Shown here in pieces: positions 26,936 to 37,357 of a stretch of 64,000 nt of DNA (within the stretch, counting starts at the first letter, position 1; each line of letters opens with the position of its first letter). A program made the translations under genes and the position numbers. Origin of the DNA: Mobula hypostoma (Eukaryota); the NCBI RefSeq assembly GCF_963921235.1, contig NC_086108.1, forward strand, positions 72,914,001-72,978,000, given 5' to 3'. Below the pieces are notes generated by a model that was not told where the DNA came from, ran no database searches, and saw only the letters and a program-made list of their open reading frames with translations.

Positions 26936-27232
26936 GATGCCTCTAGCCATGTCATCATTGAGGCACGGATGGAATAAACATTTTGACAGATAAACACTGG
27001 AAAACTAAACACTATATTTTATTTTAAGCACATAGAGCAGTCATAGTCATAGAGCAGTTTGCAGTGAATTTTGATACTGCCTATAGATTGTCCCAGTATG
27101 AGCACCCTGTCCCTTCAAGTAGTGCAAAGGGAACAAACTGGTCCAAAATGAACACAGCCCACAATGACAGTAGCTTAGAGCTTTGAGCTTCAGTTTATAT
27201 TGACATGAGTAGCTTGGGGCAATACCTGAGTA

Positions 27233-28753
27233 CAGGTTTCCCCCGCCATCTGAAGGTAGAGCGTTCCTATGAAATGGATCGTAAGCCAAAATGTCGTAAA
27301 GCGAAGAAGTGATGACCATTTATTTACATGGGAAAAATTTGTGAGCGTTCGCAGACCCAAAAATAACCTACTAAATCACGGTAAATAACACATAAAACCT
27401 AAAATAACAGTAACATATAGTAAAAGCAGGAATGATATGATAAATACACAGCCTATATAGAGTAGAAATACTTTTCCACAATCATTACTGCACTGTTCTC
27501 CGTAGAGAAAATCTCGTGCAAGCGCCGTCGGCAGAAAATCTTACGCAAGCGCTGTTGGCAGAAACACGGCGCAAGCGCTCTCCAGTAACCTTTAAGCTAT
27601 GAAGCTGCCAAATCATACCAAATAACACGTAAAAATACACAGCCGATATAAAGTAGAAATAATGCATATACAGTGTAGTATCACTTACCGAAATTGGTTC
27701 ACCGCCGAGCACACTGATGATGGTGTGTTAGGCTGAGTCGTCACAGGTTGGGTGGTGCAGTGGCCCCCACTCTCCAGGCTACCGACTGATACCGAACCGC
27801 AAAGCATGCAGGGGTACAGCGGTAGCCGGGAGGCATCCAGCACATCTTTAAGAAAAAAGCCAAAAATAACATGCTAATTAATTACGTGTCAGGTGGCACT
27901 TAATTAATTAGCATGGTTATTTTGGCTTTTTTCTTAAAGATGTGCTGTGTGCCTCCTGGCTACTGCTGCATTCTCCGAGAATCACGAGGTGGTATGGGAC
28001 ACTGGGGTGTCATCTCGTCGTCTGTTTCCATTAGAGCAGGCAGCTCATCTTCTCCTAAGACTGCCTGCCTCGATGTCGAAGGTCGAGGTTCGTCGTCTAC
28101 TGTGGCTGATGCGGAAGGCTTGCTTGACTGCTGAGCCTCGCGCATTTTTCTATCATACAGTTCTTTGTAAGGACTCAGATATCCCCTAAACCTATGTACC
28201 TTTTCAAAATTAAAGTCGTACTTTATCATTGCAGTGAAAATCTCAAGCAGTTGCTTCACGTTCAGTTCCTGGGCGACTTCACTTTCGGTCCGTTCGCTAC
28301 TGTATTCAGTTTCAATTGTTATCCTTTCCCCTTCCAATTGCATCAGCTCTTCATCTATCAGTTCTTGGTCATGGGATGCCAGAACCTCTTCAACATCATG
28401 TTTGTCAGCTTCCACAAGCCAAACTCACTTAGTCCTTACTTCGTTCACCACGATCGAAACGCTTAATTATGTCTAGTTTTACGCTAAGTGTAACACCCTT
28501 ACGAGCTCTTTCAGGCTTTTCCAATACCTTAGAACTCATCTTGCAAATGGCTGCTCACAGGCACGTCTTAAAGCAATGCCAGCGAGAATCCAGGGGAGAG
28601 CGGCTGTTCGGGGCACACGCTGATTTTCCCCGCACGCTGCTTTTTTTTCGTAACAGTGAAAACACCTTCTGAAAGCAAAAACAGGGTGCTAATGTAGGTC
28701 TTTCGTAACAGTGAGGTTTCGTAAAGCGAACATTCAAAAAGCGGGGGACACTT
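27233..28753 (-). mobile_element. TcMar-Tigger non-autonomous DNA transposon
   Basis: TA|CAGGTTTCCCCCGC and GCGGGGGACAC TIRs. The minus strand has an N-terminal HTH (MSSKVLEKPERARKGVTLSVKLDIIKRFDRGE) joined to a TIGD-like C-terminus (DVEEVLASHDQELIDEELMQLE); the DDE core is deleted. Confidence 0.9.
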
Positions 28754-30917
28754 AATTATATCATTTGGTGCACACCTGATACCATAAAAAGGTAAGGAAT
28801 GCTGATGAGGAAGTAGCTAATCCAGTTTCACAAATAATGAAAACTTTCACTATGAAACCAGTTACATGATATGGATGGGAACTATGCTATACAATATTTA
28901 GGTAATTATCCTTTCAAAACCAAGCTGACCATTTAAAATGTTTCTAATTATATATTGGAATAGTTTTTTTTTCGGTGTATATATACAGATCATATAAATA
29001 ATAACTGAGTTTCTTAAATGATCTATGTATAGTTCTCATGGAAAGCAGCTTTGAAAAGACTATTCAGTCACAGCTAGATCCAGCTTGCCGACAGCATTAA
29101 AATGAGAACACAAATCCATCTATCTGTAGCCATCCCTAATTCTGCGGGAATGGGGATGAGCTTTTCCACATCATTCAAAGCTATTCTTTACGGGGCAGAT
29201 TATACAGCAAATGAAACCGAGCTTTTATTAGCTCCTCAATACACCCCTTTCCCCACTAATGCACACACCAGACCCCACCATCACCATTGCTCCCTCTGCC
29301 TTTACTACATTTTGTGTCAGTAATAAAATGGAATTGACTGTTAAACTTCAAGCATGACCAAGAGGAAGGGAATGAGATGGAGAAGGAGGGGAAAAGAGAT
29401 CACATGAACTAACCTTTCAGCTTCCCATAGTGACGTAACAGGACTTTCATTTTTAGTGTTTCTCCAGTCAACACTAGCAATCACAGTTAAATATCTGGGG
29501 TTATGCAATCTATTCTAAAAGAATAAATATCACACTATTAAAAAAAGAAATAATGATAAATCTTGAAATCAGTCCTCTGCTTATGACCATTATAGGTTTT
29601 TAATTTAGCTCTTATTTTGCTAATACTTTCTTAAATTTGCATATAGATGTGTATGGAAATACATGATCTATTACTGTGTTCTCAGTGCCAATTACTGTGT
29701 ACCACTCTTCCTGAATTTTGTTTTAGATTATATTTTTTCGGAGTCTAGGACTATTTATAGAACTGTAACCCAGCGTATTCCATTATAAGTAACAGAAAAT
29801 ACTGGAATAGAAGATAAGAGTGAAACTATGGTGGTAAACAAAAATAAAAAGAAACACTGCTACAATAAAATGACTGAATGCATGAATTGAAGCTAAATGT
29901 GAGAAAATTAATGATCTTTAAATATGGCATTTCAGTTTTTCAAGAAATCATAGAAGTTAGATCATACTCAGTGTGGAAGAGTCTGTCGATCTTTTGTAGT
30001 ACAACTTGTTGAGACAAATCTGAAAAGTTGATGCCTTTTTGTCCTCTTCATTGTGGCAGCACTTCTGCTTACTGTGACCCAGTCAACCAAGAAACACTGT
30101 TCATGGCAAAGCTGACAAAGGCTGAGAATGAGATACAAACCCTATTTTCAGGGTCTGAACTTTGGCACAAAGTGGTTTTCTGCTTAATCAATCGTGTCAC
30201 CATCTCAGAATCACTTATCAAGCACCTGATGAATGGAAAATGGACTCAAAAGAATTTTGACAAAGTTCCAATAATTTCTTGTAATATTTAACGTTTATGG
30301 TCATTCTGCACAGATAATAACCTCAGTATTTTTCTTTGATAAATTAGCTGGCATTCAGAAAATTTTTCATTTTCCGTAAGCCAATAGCAGTGCTGTGCTT
30401 TGACAATAACACTTTAAAAATGAATTAAAATCTGTAATTTGACAATAAGAAATATTCCAAGACAATTCATGAAGATTGCCAAAGTCTGCGAGTCTGAGAG
30501 ATAGATTTTCAAATTATGTCGGTTTTTAAGTATAAATTGTAAGTATAAAATTGATTCTTTTTACTTCACAGGTAACTGCTGGATGCTGAAGTTATTCTTT
30601 CTTTACCATTACACAATCTCATTAATAATGAAGTCAATTTACCAGTTGAACAGGATAGAGCAGAAATAAACAGTCTACATAGCTCTTCGTGCCAATCCAA
30701 TCAGAAAACAATTTTTATTATTGAGCAATATAAAGATAAATCCAAGTGTAAAGGATTTTTTTTATAATTAACTTCAAATTTTAATCATGGCAAAAATGTT
30801 TTGGATGCTGTTTGCTTGTCATTGGCTACAATAGAATAGATTGAGATTGCAGAGTTCCTGTGCTCCATCTTCCGTACCAACCATAAAATTAGGTCTAGGT
30901 ATATTAAATTTAAAAGT

Positions 30918-30988
30918 ACAAACACGAAGAAATCTGCAGATGCTGGAATTTCAAGCAACACAAATAAAAATTGCTGGTGAACCTACAA
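30918..30988 (-). mobile_element. 71-bp Penelope terminal fragment with long TSD
   Basis: tctgcagatgctggaatttcaagcaacaca is shared with 25008-25040. Flanked by the 15-bp direct repeat attaaatttaaaagt (30903-30917, 30989-31003). Confidence 0.8.
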
Positions 30989-31335
30989 ATTAAATTTAAA
31001 AGTCCTCATTTAATTTATAAAAATGTAGTACTTTGCAATAGTTTATGTGACATTATTAGTAAACAGCTTGAGTTGCTGACTGATAATGAAATTTCTGTGT
31101 TAATTATGGACTACTTCAATAAAATCCTGTTTGCTGGTGGAGTTGACTCCAGGGAAGTGAACACCTTACTGTATTGCTATGCAATGACAACACTGCTTGA
31201 CGTTGACCTAGTTGATCCTATCTAATCTGGCACTGCATCGCGTTTTAATTCCACTGGCATCAAAGGTGAATGGTTGCCAAATTAGTACCACTGTTCTTTA
31301 CTGCCATATGTACGTACATGTATGATTCCGTTGAT

Positions 31336-31970
31336 ATCGATGGAGTTATAAAGAAGGCAAGACAGCGGCTATACTTCATTAGGAGTTTGAAGAGATTTGG
31401 TATGTCAACAAATACATGGAAAAACTTCTATAGATGTACCGTGGAGAGCATTCTGACAGGCTGCATCACTGTCTGGTATGGAGCGGGGAGAAGCTACTGC
31501 ACAGGACCGAAAGAAACTGCAGAGGGTTGTAAATTTAGTTGGTTCCATCTTTGGTACTAGCCTACAAACTACCCAGGACATCTTTAGGGAGCAGTGTCTC
31601 AGAAAGGCAGTGTCCATTATTAAGGACCTCCAGCACCCAGGGCATGCCTTTTTCTCACTGTTACCATCAAGTAGGAGTTACAGAAGCCTGAAGGCACACA
31701 CTCAGTGATTCAGGAACAGCTTCTTCCCCTCTGCCATCGATTCCTAAATGGACATTGAACCCATGGACACTACCTGACTTTTTTAATATATAGTATTTCT
31801 GTTTTTTGCACAATTTTAATCTTTTCAATATATGTATACTGTAATTGATTTAGTTATTTATTTATTATTATTATTTTTTTCTTCTTCTATGTTATGTATT
31901 GCATTGAACTGCTGCTGCTAAGGTAACAAATTTCACATCGCATCCCGGTGATAGTAAACCTGATTCTGAT
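31336..31970 (+). mobile_element. Rex1-type LINE 3' end
   Basis: KKARQRLYFIRSLKRFGM...NFYRCTVESILTGCITVWYG, ending in an aaacctgattctgat tail. Confidence 0.9.
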
Positions 31971-32312
31971 ATGATAGTGGAAAGGTTAGCTGGGTTCTGT
32001 GAATTATCCCCAGTATAGAACGAGGGTAGGAGAATAAAAACAGCAGCATGTGAGAGGGAATAGGTTACAGGTCACTATGAGGAGGAATGGTTCAGGTAGC
32101 GTTATTCTGAAAGCTGACTTTGGCTCAATTGTATTTTATTAACATGTTTATAGTGTAATATTTTGGTTTATGGGCTGTGTGTGATATATGTTGTGTGGGT
32201 GCACCGTGGTCCGGAGGAATGCTGTTTTGTTTGGTGGAATATATGTATGGTCAGGAGACAATAAGCTTCAATTTGAACTTGATTTTCTGCAGGTGCTTGA
32301 AGTCCAGAACAA

Positions 32313-32915
32313 TAGACACAAAATGCTCGAGAAACTCAGCAAGTCAGGCTGCATCTATTGAAATGAATAAACAGTTGACATTTCAGGCTGAGACCCTTCT
32401 TCAGAACTGGAAAGGAAGGGGAAGATGGCAGAATAAGGTGGGGGAGGGGAAGGAGTACAAGCTAGAGGTGATAGGTGAAGCCAGTGGGGGAGGGGCTATG
32501 AAGTAAGAGGCTGGGAGGTGACAGGTGATCAGTTTCTCCAACTTCCAGGAATACATTTTCCTTCTCCTTCTATTCCTTTCTCTGGCCTCTTACCTCTTCT
32601 ACACATCTGCTTATTACCTCCCCCAGTGCCCCTCATCCTTCCATTTCTCCTATGGTTCTCTCACCTCTCCTATCAGATTGCTTCTTCTCCAACCCTTTAC
32701 ATTTTTCACCTATCTCCTCGCAGCTTCTGACTTCATTTCCCACCCCCACCCACCTTGCCATTCACCTGGCTTCATCTATCACCATCGAGCTTGTTTCCCT
32801 TCTCCTCCTCCTACCTTTCTGATGGGATCTTCCCCCTTCCTTTCCAGTCCTGATGAAGGGTCTCAGCCCCAAACATTCGTTGACTGTTTGTTCATTTCCA
32901 TAGATGCTGCCTGAC
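32313..32915. mobile_element. Inverted pair of Penelope pseudo-LTR fragments
   Basis: About 32313-32520 (-) and 32530-32915 (+) are reverse-complement homologues, each with a hammerhead-like motif (32372-32409 on -, 32845-32886 on +). Confidence 0.8.
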
Positions 32916-33164
32916 CGGCTGAGGCCTATTATAATATCTAAATATGATGGGCTCAGATTTGGCAACATCCCACCAGTGCTTCCCTTCCCTTCCTCAACAC
33001 CTTCCAAACTGCCCATGGAAAACATGATACTGTTAAATCTTATGGTCAAGGCTCAGGAATGGGGAATAATCATGGGTACAATGGGAATGCAGGTTGCTTT
33101 GTGTGGAACCATAATCTAACAAATCTAACAAGGCCAGTTAACCTACCACCATTATAGAAATAAA

Positions 33165-33325
33165 AACACAAAGACAGACACACGCATGTATGTACACATG
33201 GATGCAAACACATGCACACGGACAAACACACATATACACACACTCACATTCTCATCATGCACACACACTCTCACACACACACATTCACAAACACACAGGC
33301 ACACACTCTCACACACAAGCACAAA
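33165..33325. repeat. Degenerate (CA)n-rich simple repeat
   Basis: Interrupted CA runs; source of the His/Thr-rich ORF 33190-33447. Confidence 0.85.
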
Positions 33326-36300
33326 ATGCTACTAAATTCACACATACTGTATACTCTTTGCATACTATGAGTTTGACTTCAATATGTCAGTTTAATTTAC
33401 CAAGATTATCAGAAGTAAAAACTTTTAAGTTTTTTTCCCCATCTTAATTACAGATGTAGCCCCTTTCCCAAGTCCTTGCTGCATTCAGTTTATCAGCATG
33501 GATTATTCCTGGGAATTTCTGCTTTGTACTCATTGATACATGTACTTACTAATCCCGCTGGAGCATTCCTTTACTAGAATCTTTGAATAGAAAAAAAATT
33601 AAATAAGACTGAACATGGCCCTATCTTGAAAGCCAGCATTCTCACCTCATAGTGATTTATTTAGAAAGCAAATTACTGTAGCCCAGAACATCATTTAGGT
33701 TAGTAATTTGGTAATAATAACAGATTTCCCTAGCAACAGAAAGAAATGGGGTGATACTAACACAGCCTGTGAAACCCAAAGTGAGAATTATCGGGAAGGA
33801 AAGATATGATGCAAAATAGTCTATAAGTGGAACAAAAGGAAAATATTGTGACCTGTCAGAATTATTATAGTATTGCTGCAGGTTCTGTTATGAACAGAAT
33901 TAAACCTTACATTATAATTTTATTTCTTTGCTTCAGATGAACAAAATCCAATTCATTCTTCACAGTGGAGGTAGGATCGTGCTTGCAGCTGATAGTAGCT
34001 CGGAATAAGAATGACTTGCTTAAAATGGTTGGCAGACTGTTGCATCAGGCGAGAGCAGGTCACATTGCAGTTAAGCATGACATCACCGTGTTGGTGAAGC
34101 CAGTGTGAAGCTAAGTATGCAGTAGCTAGGACTAGGGATTTCCATAATTCACAGAAGCAATTCGGGCTAATGCGATGAATGCATTATTGATCTCAGTTAT
34201 TAACCCAAAGCAGTGCATCATTTTTGCATCTTCAATATATAAAGTATTTTTAACTGTCTTTTAGAACACGAAAAATTAGGCATTTTAAAATAATACTAAA
34301 GTTGCTGCCAGACTAAGCCCTAATAATCTGTATCAGTGGTTTAAAATTATTTCACATTTTATTTATGCCAATTTGACTTATTTAATTGCTTAATTTACTT
34401 ATGCTCCTATTTTCAAATGTTTATACAGTAAACAGTAGCTGGTTTTGATTTTAATTTATGAAATTGACATGTAGACTATCAGAAAAAGGATGCTGCTGCT
34501 GACATGACCTTCATTAGAGGTTTATGTTACAACAGTTAAGAGGTCCAGGACAAGGCGTACTTGAGCTCATAAGAACATGTTGATTTTTGTTTGAAACTCC
34601 ATTTTATATATTAAGATATCGTGTGTTTATCTAAGAAGGTCAATTTTAACCAAATGTATAACAGTCCAAGGTTGTCTCAGTTAAGTAATTAGGTTTCTAG
34701 GGGGGAAATTAAGATACATTTTCTTTTAAGCTAACTGAGAGATTTAGTGATCCTTTAGGAATTGTTGCACTATTAAAGTGACTTTACCAATAGGATCTAA
34801 AATGGCAGTGAATTGGGACTACTCAATTCATTTAAAGAAATACTGGCTTAGAAGGAATTAAGTATTTTAAAGGTAAGTTGCTAGAAGATCATGAACTAGC
34901 ATTTGTTCCGAATTGTATCATACCCAGTCATTCCATCAGCTCAAAAGAAACATTTGTAGATCTCTAGATTTCTGTGGTAATGTCATCCTGTGACTCAGGA
35001 ACGCCATGCATTTTAGAGCTGCAGTGAAGACAAGAGATCAGATACCCCACCTAGTGGAGAGTCTGAGAAATATCATTTTTTTCAACTAACTCAGCATCCA
35101 GTTGAGTTAAGGATATTGTCACAGAATATACCCAATGCCTACAAGGAAATATTACCCTTTTTTTTGGGCCCACTTTGTATTAATGCAAGTCAGTATGGTG
35201 GCTAGGATTGAGAATTGAGGAATTAGCAAGGGAGAGATCAGATGCCTTATTTGAAATCAAAATGATCAATCTATTATGTACAATGAGTTTAATCTGAAAT
35301 TTGAGATCAGCATTATTTTATAATCATAAAAAAGTATACCATACATAAATTCATTGTTGAACTGGATATTTGTTGTAGCTTTGCATCAACAGAAGGTTAT
35401 GCTTCTGTTTTGACAATGCTGAACAGTGTATCAAGTTCCTGCACAGATTGGTTATGATAAATTAGTCTGCCATATGAATGTAAGATTTAACACCAAAGTT
35501 TTCCCTTTGCATGGAACCAATAACACAGACACCAAAACAATGGCTGCTGAAAAAAAATTAAGCAGTTTCTTACTTCATTAGCTTGGACATAAGGTTAAAA
35601 ATTGCTTAAGTTTCTGTAATTTTTTTCATTTATTTGAAATTTTACTGACTGTTCAAGGCAAAGAATGACTAATGTGTAAATGTGACTATAGATTAGTATT
35701 GCATTGGAGATAGTGTGTTAAAGGAGCAAGCTATTAACGCTGTGATTACCATTGTGCTATTGTCAGTATACATTTTCCTCTTTATCCTTTATTTCCGTTA
35801 CAATGCATAGAGTTAAAGATCAAGGCAATAATTAAAATGCCTATTCTCAGCTATAACTAAATATTTTAAGTAAAGTTAATCGAGCATTTGCTATAAAATA
35901 CTATTTTAGCATTTTTTAAAAAATAGATTGGGAAGCTTCTTTTGTGGAAGCCTACGGATTCCTGGCAAAGTAGTCAATGATTTTAGAATGACATAATCTG
36001 AACAATTTTTAAGGCAATAGTTTACAAAAAAATCAGATCTAATGGTTTAGTGCTTTACTGTAACGATTTAAATGTTCTTACTGGTAGGCGAAAGAGTTAA
36101 CAATGGTTGAATTCACTGGGGATTTAAGGTCTCCTGCATTTCTTTGCAGTCAATCTTGTGTTCCTTAGCTTTGCAAGCAGCAAGAACTCTTGGTGCCTGA
36201 GCGATCTATAACATAGGTTATTGATTTCTGTTCATACGGTTCAGGTATTTGTCCCCTAAAAGCACCGGCACAACGGCAGGAAGCTCTGTTCAGTGAATAG

Positions 36301-36398
36301 CAAAGGGGGGTTAGTTGGTGGACGGGGTTAAGGTGATTTCAGTTTGCTTAAGCACTCGGCTTTTCAACCATCTGTTGGTTCCCCCTTGCAGCTAAGCA

Positions 36399-36402
<4 letters not shown>

Positions 36403-36440
<38 letters not shown>
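36403..36440. repeat. (GA)19 microsatellite
   Basis: Perfect GA run directly upstream of the promoter. Confidence 0.95.
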
Positions 36441-36444
<4 letters not shown>

Positions 36445-36720
36445 TCAGTTGTTCTATTTCAAATCAGCCTTTCCTTTGTCCCTCTTAGTAACTGTGGAGC
36501 CAATCAGCCTGCGCCTGCCGGGGCAGCTGGGAGGGGGTTGGCTGAGGCTGTGGCACGGTGCACTCGAGCAGCCTGTGAGAGAGCAGACAAAGGCCGGGCT
36601 TGGCAGCGCCATTCGCTGTGCAGCGCAGCGCCAGCCCTTGGCAAGGAGGCGACCCGCTCGGGCCCTACCACCAGCGGGGATCCGGAGGGGAGGAGAGGAA
36701 ATGACAAGGCAGGAAGCTTA
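36440..36720 (+). promoter_or_regulatory. CpG/GC-rich promoter and probable TSS region of PIK3R3
   Basis: Sizeable non-repeat GC/CpG-rich patch in an AT-rich window. CCAAT box (gagCCAATcagc) at 36500-36504. Lies 0.5-0.8 kb upstream of the ATG. Confidence 0.75.
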
Positions 36721-37251
36721 GCTACATGTGCTTTATCTCCATGTAAACATTCCTCTCTCACATTTAAGGGCAGCCCGAAGAGCACAGAAATTGAAGTCAG
36801 TACTGGGGGTAGACCTTTTGCATTGATTGAACTGTGAGTGAGTTACCTGTGAATCCTGCCTTTAAACGCTGATCAATTGACAGCCCATAGCTAGTGTTCA
36901 GATCCCCCCCCCTTCCCCGGCTTGCAGTGGCACGGCCTTGTGATGTCAAAGGTCACTGGTCAGCCCCTTCAGCTCTTAAAATGAAGTCTAGCCCCTTGCT
37001 TCAAGGAAGCTCAGAATCGTAGAGCTGGTTTCTACATTCAGCCCATGACTGTTAAACTATTCTCCCTCTACCCCCCACCCCCCACCCGAATCACCAGTAT
37101 TGAAAGTCAGCAAGAAATAACAGCAAAAAAAAAATCAAAAATAGGATTTTTCTTTGAAGAGCACAACTGAAGCAGGCTTTCAGAAATACTGTAAAGTGGA
37201 AGCTGTATGACAGCATTTTATATAAAAGTAAATATTAATACTGCGTAGACA

Positions 37252-37357
37252 ATGTACAACACAGTTTGGAATATGGACAAATCTGATGCAGACTGGAGAG
37301 AAGTGATGATGCCCTATTCAACAGAGCTAATATTCTACATTGAAATGGACCCTCCAG
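37252..37357 (+). CDS. PIK3R3: PIK3R3 (p55-gamma) coding exon 1, isoform-specific N-terminus
   Basis: Encodes [35 protein letters not shown], nearly identical to the p55-gamma N-terminus. It ends in phase 1 at donor CAG|gtaaca. The ORF-track extension to 37671 is intron read-through. Confidence 0.97.

Noticed and set aside
33937..33970. Exon-like 34-nt segment (cttcag|ATGAACAAA...GGAG|gtagga) with a phase-1 end
   Set aside because: No recognisable homology, and splice-like pairs are common by chance. It would need RNA evidence.
36344..36837. Overlapping 93-125 aa ORFs over the promoter
   Set aside because: By-products of GC-rich sequence and the GA repeat, with non-ATG starts on the + strand and no homology.
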